This document shows positions 24,069 to 33,184 of a stretch of 64,000 bases of DNA, piece by piece; the stretch's first letter is position 1; the number at the start of each line of letters is the position of its first letter. Location: the NCBI GenBank assembly GCA_963769425.1, contig CAVYLP010000006.1:480001-544000 (forward strand), read 5' to 3'. Position numbers and translations under genes: made by a program. The DNA is from Candidatus Bathyarchaeota archaeon. Its GTDB lineage: Archaea; Thermoproteota; Bathyarchaeia; TCS64. The notes beneath the pieces are model-generated. The model worked only from the letters and a program-made list of their open reading frames with translations. It made no database searches and had not been told where the DNA came from.

Positions 24069-24848
24069 TCACTGGGCAACGTACCCGCCATCGATTAGGA
24101 TGTCTGTCCCCGTTATGTAGCTAGCCTCCTCCGAGCAGAGGTAGACGGCTAGCTTGGCAACGTCTTTTACGTCGCCCCAGCGGCCGAGGGGGATGCGTGA
24201 GATGAGGTTTTCGTTTGCCTCCGGGTTGCTCCATATCGGCTTTGTCAGTTCTGTCTCGAACCAGCCGGGGCTTATTCCGTTGACGGTGATCCCCTCGGGG
24301 GCGAGTTCGATGGCGAGTGCTTTAGTGAATCCGAGTAGACCCGCCTTGCTTGCGGCGTAGGCGGTTCGGTTCGCGGTGGCCACGTGGCTCATCGTCGAGG
24401 TGGTGTTTATGATCCGGCCGTAGCCCCTCCCCTTCATGTGGGGGACGAAGGCATGGCACATGAGGAACGGGCCGATGAGGTTTGTGTCGATGACGCTCCT
24501 CCACTCGCCTGTCGTGAACTCGGTTATGGGCTTTCGGATGTTGATTCCAGCGTTGTTGACGAGGATGTTCACCTCACCGAAGTGCCTAATCGCTGCTTCC
24601 CTGAGGTGCTCAACGTCCTGCTCCCTCGACACGTCAGCTTGAAAGGTCTCAGATACTACTCCGAGGGTTCCAGCCTCCTTCGAGACCTCTCTCAGGCTCT
24701 CCTCGTCCCTTGAAACGAGTGCTAGGCTCGCCCCCGCCTCGCCGAGGGCGATGGCCATAGACTTTCCCAATCCTCTGCTCGCGCCCGTGACTAGGGCGAT
24801 TTTACCGGCAAGTCTCTTGTGATCGTCGGGGGACATGCTACCACTCAA
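24069..24848 (-). CDS. SDR family oxidoreductase (gluconate 5-dehydrogenase-like)
   Basis: TGASRGLG, NNAG, YAASK, PG.FET. Confidence 0.92.
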   Translation of the reverse strand: MSGSMSPDDHKRLAGKIALVTGASRGLGKSMAIALGEAGASLALVSRDEESLREVSKEAGTLGVVSETFQADVSREQDVEHLREAAIRHFGEVNILVNNAGINIRKPITEFTTGEWRSVIDTNLIGPFLMCHAFVPHMKGRGYGRIINTTSTMSHVATANRTAYAASKAGLLGFTKALAIELAPEGITVNGISPGWFETELTKPIWSNPEANENLISRIPLGRWGDVKDVAKLAVYLCSEEASYITGTDILIDGGYVAQ

Positions 24849-24889
24849 TTCTGTGCGTGGTTGACCGTTTATAATTGGCGGTCTTCGGG

Positions 24890-25147
24890 TTACGGTGCTC
24901 CGCTCCTACGGGAGGCGATGCGATCCTGGACCGTCTTTAGCCGTTCCTCGGAGAGGTAGTACTTGTCGCCGACCTTTACGAATAAGCCGAGCTGGCCGAG
25001 ACGCCTGTCCATTGCCTCGTCAAATCGAGGTGGGAGCCCCAGTTCCTGCGAGGTCATCGCCTTCTCTGGTGTGGTGGCACCCTTCTCCCGGAACCTTTCG
25101 ACGATCTGCTGGATGCGTCCCCGCTGGTTGGGTTGTCGTCTGAACAT
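24890..25147 (-). CDS. Small hypothetical protein (possible winged helix)
   Basis: FREKGATTPEKAMT..ELGLPPRF...GLFVKVGDKYYL. Confidence 0.6.
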   Translation of the reverse strand: MFRRQPNQRGRIQQIVERFREKGATTPEKAMTSQELGLPPRFDEAMDRRLGQLGLFVKVGDKYYLSEERLKTVQDRIASRRSGAP

Positions 25148-25256
25148 GGTTTGATTGGATTGATCGGCATGATTTACAGGTGATGCAGATGATGGTCTTC
25201 GTGGTTGCGGCGGAGGCCTAGATTCTCACGTTTAAATGTCGGTCAACGAGTAAGAT

Positions 25257-26072
25257 ATGCTTGAAAGCGTTTTCTCAGCTAGGTGTTGTGCTTTGGATTC
25301 CCCCAATGTTGTGGCCCTCGTGGAGGCTTCGGAGTTGGACTCGGAGCGCCTCGCGGAGATGGCGAAGAGGGCGTTCGATTCCGACGTGGAGGTCGGTGCG
25401 CCGGGCCCCGGTGGGCCGCAGGGCTACGACTCCCCCGTGTTCTACACCCGGTCCCTCAAGTTCCTCAGCTGCTACGTGATCCTGCTGGGGGAGGAGACGG
25501 TGGGCGGCGTCTTGGTGAACGTGGGTGGGGCCCACGGCGTCTTGGAGAGGATATTTGTTGATCCGAACCACCACAGAGAGGGGATAGGCTCGAAGGCGAT
25601 GGAGCTCGTCATGGGTAGGTACCCAGACGTCTCCCTCTGGACCCTCGGCGCCCCAGAGTGGAACACACGCACGACAGCGTTCTTCGAGAAGCTCGGCTTC
25701 AGCCAGGTCGGCTGGGACCAGACAGAGCCCGGCGCAAAGAATAGGTGGTACGAGAAGTTGACTGGCGACGCCGAGGCCATCATGCCCATAGGCTCCCTAA
25801 GGGACGGTCTGAGCAACGTCACTGTGGAAGGAAAGGTGGCGGAGAAGTCGTACCCACGCATGGTGAGGTCGAAGAAGACCGGGGGGACACTCACTGTTGC
25901 CAACGCGGCGCTCGAGGACGCCACCGGCAGGATAGTGATGGTTCTCTGGGAGAAGCAGTTCGAGGTCGTGAAGGTCGGGGCGCGGCTCAGGGTGGAGAAC
26001 GGGTACACGAACTCCTATAGCGGCGTGACGCAGCTAAACGTCGGGTACGGGCGGCTCATAACACTCATCTAA
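25257..26072 (+). CDS. GNAT acetyltransferase fused to a C-terminal SSB/RPA-type OB fold
   Basis: IFVDP.HH.EGIG, WN.RT.AFFEKLGF; C-terminal NVTVEGKV..ANA.LED.TG.I..VLW..RVENGYTNSY.G..QLNVG. Confidence 0.8.
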   Translation: MLESVFSARCCALDSPNVVALVEASELDSERLAEMAKRAFDSDVEVGAPGPGGPQGYDSPVFYTRSLKFLSCYVILLGEETVGGVLVNVGGAHGVLERIFVDPNHHREGIGSKAMELVMGRYPDVSLWTLGAPEWNTRTTAFFEKLGFSQVGWDQTEPGAKNRWYEKLTGDAEAIMPIGSLRDGLSNVTVEGKVAEKSYPRMVRSKKTGGTLTVANAALEDATGRIVMVLWEKQFEVVKVGARLRVENGYTNSYSGVTQLNVGYGRLITLI

Positions 26073-26186
26073 TTAATAGTGAATCAAAGAAGAATGCTTC
26101 GTGGTTTACGAAAATTTTCAGTTGCCTCGACCATAAGACTGTTGAGAAAGGGAGATTTTAGTTGGTAATTTTTAAGAATCGTGGGG

Positions 26187-26354
26187 TGCTCAGGCGAGGT
26201 CACCGCGCTGACAACACTTTGGCGTTATCAGCTGGGAAGTGTAGGTTTCCCGGCCAGCCAAAGCCAGCCAAGTTCCTTCGCAGCCCGCTCCTCACGGTTC
26301 CGCGGCTTTCAGGTCCTCCACTGCTTCGACCTTTCGTCCGCTCCCACCTGAGCA
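26187..26354 (-). ncRNA. Candidate ~170-nt structured ncRNA of unknown family
   Basis: 12-bp terminal stem and internal 11-bp and 7-bp hairpins whose G-U pairs favour the minus strand; TTATA box at 26376-26380. Confidence 0.55.
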
Positions 26355-26568
26355 AAGCAATCAAAGTCGCCGGAGTATAAGCGCGTTCCATTGTATTCAG
26401 CTATCAATTAGCGGTTTCTAGACCGCTGATTATGCCATTTAATGCGCCGTATAAGCTAAGTATTATCATGAGCCGAATGTCACTAATTAATTGCGTCTGA
26501 TGGTGTTGTTTAAGGTTCAGTACTATCCGGGTGAGCTTTTTCCTACCTTCTGAGATGCTCGCGTGAGT

Positions 26569-27423
26569 TTAGGTGAGAGGGCATCCACCTGTCGTTGTCC
26601 TTACCCTGTAGATGCTTGTCTGTGCGGTTATGTACAGGGTCTTGAGGTCAGCGTCGCCCCACGCGACGTTCGAGGAGACCTCGGGGGTTTCGACAACGCC
26701 GAGTGGTTCGCCGGATGGGTCTATGACCCATACGCCGCCGGAGCCGGTGCAGTAGATGTTGCCGTGGACGTCGACCTTCATGCCGTCTGGGTTCCCCGGC
26801 TTGGGTCCTTTGAGCTCTGTAAATACCCCGCCATTGCGTATTGACCCGTCTCTCTGCACGTCGAAGACCCGGATGTGGCGCCTAGCAGTGTCGTCGACGT
26901 ACAGCTTGGACTCGTCCGGGCTGAAGGCGAGGCCGTTCGGGCGATCGAAGGAGTCGTCCAGGAGGGTCAGCTTCCTGCGAACCCCGAGCCTGTATACACC
27001 CTGATAGGGCAACTCCTTCCCCTCCAGCCTATCGTTGAGGCCGTACGGCGGGTCCGTGAAGTAGATGGCGCCGCTCCTAGCCACGACGACGTCGTTTGGG
27101 CTGTTTAGTCTCCTGCCTTCGTAGCTCTCGGCAAGTACCTTCACGGTGCCGTCCCGTTCAGTGCGGGTGAGTCGCCTGTCGTGCTCGCAGGCTATTAGGC
27201 GACCGCTTCTGTCGAGGGTGAGTCCGTTACTTCGGCCGCTGGGCCTCCGGTAGACCTCGGCGTGATCGGTGCCGGGGGTCCAGCTGTATATCGTGCTCGC
27301 GGGGATGTCCGAGAAGAGTAGTCTCCCGTCCACCCAGAGGGGGCCCTCCGTGAATTGGAATCCGCTGAGAACCTTCTCGATCTTTGAGTCGGGGATGATT
27401 TTTCCTAGCTTTGATCCCGGCAT
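26569..27423 (-). CDS. SMP-30/gluconolactonase family protein
   Basis: FTEGPLW, NSPND, PNGLAFSPD, PDGMKVD. Confidence 0.92.
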   Translation of the reverse strand: MPGSKLGKIIPDSKIEKVLSGFQFTEGPLWVDGRLLFSDIPASTIYSWTPGTDHAEVYRRPSGRSNGLTLDRSGRLIACEHDRRLTRTERDGTVKVLAESYEGRRLNSPNDVVVARSGAIYFTDPPYGLNDRLEGKELPYQGVYRLGVRRKLTLLDDSFDRPNGLAFSPDESKLYVDDTARRHIRVFDVQRDGSIRNGGVFTELKGPKPGNPDGMKVDVHGNIYCTGSGGVWVIDPSGEPLGVVETPEVSSNVAWGDADLKTLYITAQTSIYRVRTTTGGCPLT

Positions 27424-27472
27424 GGCTATCGGGGTCTATGGGTGGCGTCAGGATTTAATGGGTGCGACTAAG

Positions 27473-28141
27473 TTACTCAACGATCTCCTGCAGGACCCGG
27501 GCAACTAAGGCGTTCGAAAGGATGACTGGTTTCCCCGTCGCCTCCCTGACTATCTGCTTCATCTCGTGGGTGAACCCCATACAGTCGAGGAACACCAGAT
27601 CCACGTTCTCTTTAGAGATCCTTGCCGCCATCTCCCTGAGCTCGGTCTCCGATCCGTACGGGGAGGCCGTGTCGTAGTAGACGTCGACGTCCTTACCGAA
27701 GGCGTCCGTCTTCGTCTTGGGTATCTGCTCCTTTGCGGGTACGACGACGGCCAGCTTGCCGCTCCTTAGGGACGCGGTGACCGTCCCCCTCACGATCTCC
27801 GAGGGCTGGACGACGAGGTGCTTGGACTTGAACTCTGGGAACTTGCCAGTGCACAGGAGGAGGGTGACGTCTATCTTTTTCCGCTCTAGATAGTCGATGC
27901 CCTTCTGGAGGTTGGAGATGACGAGGTCGTGCGAGACCTTGATCTCCTCTCCGTCCCTGAGTTTTGTGACGAGTATCCTCTCCCCAGGGGCTACTTTCCT
28001 CCTCCTCAACTCCTCGACAGAGTAGTCGTCGAGCGCCCCCCTCTCGATTATCTCGTAGTCCCTGCCGAGGACGCGCAGGAACTCGCCGATGACGTCCGGC
28101 CGGGGGGACTGCCCGATCGTCAGTATCCCTATTTTCTTCAT
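27473..28141 (-). CDS. AroM family protein
   Basis: TIGQSPRPD, LVTKLRDG, LLCTG.F, ASPY, DCMGF. Confidence 0.88.
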   Translation of the reverse strand: MKKIGILTIGQSPRPDVIGEFLRVLGRDYEIIERGALDDYSVEELRRRKVAPGERILVTKLRDGEEIKVSHDLVISNLQKGIDYLERKKIDVTLLLCTGKFPEFKSKHLVVQPSEIVRGTVTASLRSGKLAVVVPAKEQIPKTKTDAFGKDVDVYYDTASPYGSETELREMAARISKENVDLVFLDCMGFTHEMKQIVREATGKPVILSNALVARVLQEIVE

Positions 28142-28288
28142 GTTACATGGAACGCTCGACCCGTGGTTTATATCATTATTCATCGTGCCACAGGAAAGTG
28201 ATTCTTACTAGTGATGATTCATGAGAGTATAATAAACTGCTAAAATCAATGTTCTGAATCGTTATATACATTATCGATGCTGGCATAA

Positions 28289-29545
28289 GTGGTAATACTG
28301 ATGAAGTATCTGACATTAGAGGATGTCTTAGATTATCAGATTGGTTGTACGGCCCTCTCGACGGGGGGCGGAGGCGTCGCGCCCTCCCTTGAGGAGGTAG
28401 AGGCGATGGTCCAGAAGGTCCTGGACGAGGGGCACAAGCTGAAGTTCATCGATCTGAAGGAGGTGCCCGACGAGGAAATCGTGTTCTCTGCCTGCGGGAC
28501 AGGCGGCGGCATCCAGACCCCGATGAAGATGAAGTGGGTGGCCAACCCTAGGAGCAAGCTCACTCGGGAGCCTAGGTATAAGATCGATTGGAGCGCGAGA
28601 CTGAGGGACCAGATAATGCAGGCGGACAGAGAGTGGTGCCCGCTTAACACTTGGTCCCAGATACCCGATGCCAACTTCCAGGATAACACCGAGAAGAGGC
28701 TCTCGCAGCTCGTCGGCCGTGAGTCATACACGAACGTGCAGTTCGAGGTCGCGCCCGGGTTCGTGAGCCAGCTCCTTGCCATGGCTAGGAAGGACAAGCC
28801 CTTTGTCGACGCCACCGTCGTCGGCCACAGGGCGGCCCCCGAGATAAGCCAAAATGGGCTCAACCTCGAGAACGTCAATTGCACCCCGGCGGTCTGGACC
28901 ACGATTATGGGGGACTTGCTCGTCTGCGAGAGGGTGCTCTGCTTCCAGAGGATGGAGGAGCTCGTCGAGGGCATCTCAATATACTCCGGCGGCTCCATCA
29001 GGGGCCTGCACGCGGTGAGGGGTAGCGACATGAAGAGGTCCGCCTTCCCCGGCTCCGAGTCCCTCGCCATGAAGGTCGGCAAGGGCATCAGGGGTGCCCT
29101 GAAGAAGGGCGCGCCCCCAGCCGACGCGGCGCTCAAGGCCCTCGGCCCGATAGGCTTCAAGCTCTTCGAGGGGGAGATATTCGACTTCTGGCAGGACGAG
29201 GAGTACTCATTCATGACGGGGACGACGAAGATAAAGGGCACCGACGCCTACGCGGGGCACGACCTGCGCATCTGGTTCAAGAACGAGAACCACCTCTCTT
29301 GGCTCGACGGCGAACCATACGTCACGAGCCCAGACGGTATAAACGTCGTCGACTCCGAGACGGGATGGGGCCTCGCCAACTTCTGGTCCGCCGAGTGGGA
29401 GCCGGGGAGGAAGGTCACCGTACTCGGCGTCGAAGCCGAGAAGAGGTGGGAGACGCCCATGGGCCTCAAGCTCTTCGGCCCCCGCCACTTCAGGACGGAC
29501 ATCCAGCACGTCCCCATGAGGAAGGCGTACAGGGAGTTCAGCTAG
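28289..29545 (+). CDS. DUF917 family protein
   Basis: G...L.TGGGG, RAAPE, LFEGEI, FKNE...PD.I, FGP..F. Confidence 0.8.
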   Translation: MVILMKYLTLEDVLDYQIGCTALSTGGGGVAPSLEEVEAMVQKVLDEGHKLKFIDLKEVPDEEIVFSACGTGGGIQTPMKMKWVANPRSKLTREPRYKIDWSARLRDQIMQADREWCPLNTWSQIPDANFQDNTEKRLSQLVGRESYTNVQFEVAPGFVSQLLAMARKDKPFVDATVVGHRAAPEISQNGLNLENVNCTPAVWTTIMGDLLVCERVLCFQRMEELVEGISIYSGGSIRGLHAVRGSDMKRSAFPGSESLAMKVGKGIRGALKKGAPPADAALKALGPIGFKLFEGEIFDFWQDEEYSFMTGTTKIKGTDAYAGHDLRIWFKNENHLSWLDGEPYVTSPDGINVVDSETGWGLANFWSAEWEPGRKVTVLGVEAEKRWETPMGLKLFGPRHFRTDIQHVPMRKAYREFS

Positions 29546-29663
29546 CCTGTCACCCATCAAACTCCATCGTAGCAAGAAAAACTCGCAAAACGGCCTAAAC
29601 TGGAAAAATGACTAAAATAACCTGAATCGCGTTGTTGTTACTACTATCCCAACCATGCGTTAG

Positions 29664-30794
29664 GGTGGTCGGTGTGCCGTTCGTAGTATTTCGATTTGAA
29701 GATATACTTTCATTTTAAACATAGCGACAAACCGACAAAGACCTAATCATAGGAAAAATATTATCAGACCGAAATCGGGTGACCAAACAAAAGGTCTAGG
29801 AAAAGAATGGCAGAAAAACTACGAATACTATCTAAACATAAATAAACTCCTAAAAAAATAACGAGGCCAAAATATATTCCCATTATCAATTCAGAACCCG
29901 GAAAATGGTTGATTAGAAGAAGGAGATAGTTCTAGAGCCTTTAGAATATTATATATTCTTGAGAAAATATTGTTTATTCCTAAGAATATTAATCAATATT
30001 TCTACACTAAAAAAAATAATATTTTATACATTTATTGAGGTTCCAATGAATATATTGGGACGCAATAAAACCGCTGTGTATTATTCCCTTAAATATAAAA
30101 ACGGGTGTGCTACCCGAGCCCTCTGAGCATATATGGATCAGATATTAGCCAAACTCAGCTGTCATATTTAGCGGAAAAATTGACAAACCTTTTAGAGGGA
30201 TTCAGAAACATCAAGAAAAATGAACAGGGACTCCACTCCCGGTCACGAGGTATCATTCCAGAGTACAATGAGAAAAAACCCTTGTTTCGGGAAAAAAGAC
30301 TCGTTTGTCAAAAAAGAGCCTTTTTATAAAATGCCACAAGAGGTTGTTTCTCTCCCAATTTTTAGGATCTTGTACTCGAGCTTGGAGCCAGCTTCTTGGG
30401 TGAATTTGCATGATTATAATTACCTTTTCTTCTCAGTGTAACTGTAGATCCTGCTATCCTCCCTGTAGCCTGGTATAGACCACTCTATCTTATGCACCTA
30501 AGCATAGTTCCCATAGGCTATCGCCAAATTCCTCTTGTAACCCTCATTCCTCTCAAGCCTAGCCAGAAACCCTCGATCTGACTCAGGATCAGAGAGATCG
30601 GCATTCTATAAGAGTGCCTTCAGGAGATTGGCGTTGTTTCTAATTGTGTCTTCTCTAAGCCCCTTCTTCCTCATCTCCACAGAACTTGGAAAATCTTCTG
30701 ATCTAGAAGTGATCTAGATTCAGATTCCTAAGTGTAGTCGGTATTCCGGTAAACGGTCGGTATACCGTTGTAGGTGGTCGGTGTGCCGGTCGTA
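29664..30794. mobile_element. Decayed integrative element inserted at the 3' end of rnpB, bounded by 22-bp direct repeats
   Basis: GGTGGTCGGTGTGCCG(T/G)TCGTA at 29664-29685 and 30773-30794 (21/22 identical); AT-rich interior; integrase relic. Confidence 0.75.
30420..30700 (-). pseudogene. Tyrosine recombinase/integrase N-terminal relic
   Basis: QKIFQVLW/MRKKGLREDTIRNNANLLKALL*NADLSDPES..FLA...NEGYKRNLAIAYGNYA*VHKIEW..P.Y resembles the N-terminus of archaeal integrases; two TAG stops; no catalytic domain. Confidence 0.65.
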
Positions 30795-31082
30795 ACCCAC
30801 CTTCTGTTCTAGGCGGCATTCAGCTATACGGGCTACCCGCGCCCCCTGCAGGAGGGACCCGGCGCCTATTCGCCCTTTCACCCCGCGGGTCGGCCGTCTC
30901 AACCCTGCCACCCGGCGTCCTCGCCCCTGACCGGGGCTCACAGCATTTGCCGGGGGAGGTACCGTTTCTGTCCGGAGCCGACGCTCTCGCGCCACGCCTC
31001 GCGGCGTCGCGGTCCTGCTCGGTGGATGGAGTTTCCTCAGACCCTTGCGGGCCCGGCGGCCGCTCACCGGCTCACCGACCAC
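30774..31082 (-). ncRNA. rnpB: RNase P RNA (archaeal type A)
   Basis: P1 GTGGTCGGTGAGCCGGT/ACCGGCACACCGACCAC; GAGGAAACTCC, ACAGAAAC and AACAGAAGGTGGGTTA conserved regions; TTATA box ~31105-31109. Confidence 0.95.
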
Positions 31083-31126
31083 GTGACAAGGGAGAAACGG
31101 GCTCTATAAGCCTACCTGAGGAGCTT

Positions 31127-31852
31127 TTACTGGTTGCAGCCGCAGGGGTCCCTCATCTGCTTGCCCCCCAGCATGATGTTCTGGCCGAAGCGGTCCCTCT
31201 TCGCCTCGAAGTATCGCTCGTTGAACTCCGTCACCTCCGCCTGGATGGGTATGATGTCCCTGATCTTCACTCCGTATCTCCTCAGTGCCTCCACCTTCGC
31301 CGGGTTATTCGTTATGAGGCGGATGTCACCGACGCCCACCTTCCTCAGCATCGCGGCGGAGACCTCGTAGTCCCGCTCGTCGGCGGGCAGCCCGAGGGCT
31401 ATGTTAGCATCGTATGTGTCGAGGCCCTTGTCCTGAAGCTGGTAGGCGCGGAGCTTGTTCGTGAGCCCTATCCCCCTCCCCTCCTGCTGCATGTAGATGA
31501 GGACGCCGAGCCCCTCCTCCTCGATCATCGTCATGCTCTTCCTGAGCTGTGGGCCGCAGTCGCAGCGGAGGCTGCCCAGCGAGTCCCCGGTGAGGCAGCT
31601 GCTGTGGACCCTCGTTAGGACACTCTCCTTGCCCGAGACGTCCCCCTTGACGACCATCGTGTGGTCTTTCCCATCCTTGTTGTTGGTGAAGCCGATTATG
31701 TGGAAGCGCCCGAAGAGGCTGGGTAATTCCGCCACGGCGACGAGTTGGACGCAGAGCGTCTTCGTGCAGCTGGCGCAATCCCACTTCAGTGGACACGTCT
31801 CGTGCTCCGCTGCGTCCACGTCGAGGACCCGGTGATAGCTGAGCTCCTCCAT
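31127..31852 (-). CDS. ribA: GTP cyclohydrolase II
   Basis: RVHSSCLTGD..GS.RCDCG.QL, QEGRGIGL.NK, TNNP.K. Confidence 0.95.
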   Translation of the reverse strand: MEELSYHRVLDVDAAEHETCPLKWDCASCTKTLCVQLVAVAELPSLFGRFHIIGFTNNKDGKDHTMVVKGDVSGKESVLTRVHSSCLTGDSLGSLRCDCGPQLRKSMTMIEEEGLGVLIYMQQEGRGIGLTNKLRAYQLQDKGLDTYDANIALGLPADERDYEVSAAMLRKVGVGDIRLITNNPAKVEALRRYGVKIRDIIPIQAEVTEFNERYFEAKRDRFGQNIMLGGKQMRDPCGCNQ

Positions 31853-31906
31853 GGGTGTGATCCGAGAACCGGCGGATATGAATGATTAGAGGGTGACAAG
31901 TTTTAT

Positions 31907-33145
31907 GTGGGCATGGAGCGCATATCCCCCGTCTTGGAGAAACAGAGACGCCTAGCCCTGATGATACTCGCGGCGGTGTGCCTGACCTACTTCGTCGAGA
32001 ACTTCCTGCGGAGCGCGGCCTCCGCCCTCACCCCTGTGCTCATCGTCGAGCTGGGGATAAGCCGCGCCGCGATGGGGCTGCTCATCACTGGGTACTTCCT
32101 AATCTACGGGATAATGCAGCTTCCCGCCGGTGTGCTCACAGACGTGCTCGGACCCAGAAAGTCGATACTCTGGTTCACCGGCCTCACGTGTATCGGCTGC
32201 GCCCTCTTCTACCTTAGCTACAGGTACGAGCTCCTCCTCGCCGCCCAGATCATAATGGGCATCGGAACCAGTGTCTTCTACATAAACGCCGTCACTGTCA
32301 TCATCCGCTGGTTCCCGCCCGAGAGGAAGGCCACAGCGATAGGCGTACTGAGTGCCGCCAGTGGAGTGGGTGGCTTCGCGAGCTACATAGGGTTCCCCCT
32401 CATCCAGTCTATCCTCGGGAACTGGAGGGATCTCTACGTCGTCATGCTCGTCCTCCTCGTCGCCAACTGGGGGATAAACATCTTCGTCCTCAAGGACGGC
32501 CCTACGCCAGTTGTGTCCGTGAAGAGAGAGCCGCGCAACATCGTCGCCTCCTTCAGGCAGACCCTCTCTGACAAGAGGTTCGCCCCTATGCTCTTCATCT
32601 ACACGCTGCTTGGCTTCAACTACGTCCTGCTCTCGTGGGGCACGCAGTTTCTGATCGAGTCGAAAGGGCTGACCTACGTGGAGGCGGGGTTGGTGACGAG
32701 CCTCGGCACCGTCGCAGGTTTCCTCGGCTGCCTCTCAATGGGTGTGATCAGTGACAGGCTCAGGAAGCGGAAGACCCCCATCATAGCCTTCTTCGGCCTC
32801 TACCTCCTCTCTCTCGCCGGGGTCGTGCTGATGCCCGGTGGCCTAAGCGTAGCCCTCTACGCAGGCCTCTGGTGCCTAATGGGCTTAGGCAATAGTGTAT
32901 GGGTCATCTACTTCAGCATGGTTGGTGAGGTCCTCCCAGTCCGCAAAGTGAGCATCGGCCTCGGACTACTAAACGGCGCGAACATAGTCTTCTCAAGTTT
33001 AATGACGCCTCTCTACGGCAGTCTCGTCGACCAAACGGGAAGCTTCTTCATCCCCGGCCTCATCAGTATCGGCGTGGCAGCCGTAACATTCGCCGTTCTC
33101 CTTCTCTACACGAAGGAGACTTACGGCAACGTCATCAAGGAGTAG
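31907..33145 (+). CDS. MFS transporter
   Basis: About 12 TM segments; G.LTD.LGPRK, WFPPER, ISDRLRKRK. Confidence 0.9.
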   Translation: MGMERISPVLEKQRRLALMILAAVCLTYFVENFLRSAASALTPVLIVELGISRAAMGLLITGYFLIYGIMQLPAGVLTDVLGPRKSILWFTGLTCIGCALFYLSYRYELLLAAQIIMGIGTSVFYINAVTVIIRWFPPERKATAIGVLSAASGVGGFASYIGFPLIQSILGNWRDLYVVMLVLLVANWGINIFVLKDGPTPVVSVKREPRNIVASFRQTLSDKRFAPMLFIYTLLGFNYVLLSWGTQFLIESKGLTYVEAGLVTSLGTVAGFLGCLSMGVISDRLRKRKTPIIAFFGLYLLSLAGVVLMPGGLSVALYAGLWCLMGLGNSVWVIYFSMVGEVLPVRKVSIGLGLLNGANIVFSSLMTPLYGSLVDQTGSFFIPGLISIGVAAVTFAVLLLYTKETYGNVIKE

Positions 33146-33184
33146 TTGCAAACCGTTTTAGACGCATACATCCGATCCTAGTGT

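Noticed and set aside
26187-26354. SRP RNA or hammerhead ribozyme call
   Set aside because: Too short for archaeal 7S and no helix-8 motif; the CUGANGA core is not present in the required arrangement
30720-31082. 120-aa Arg-rich ORF
   Set aside because: Coincides with the RNase P RNA gene
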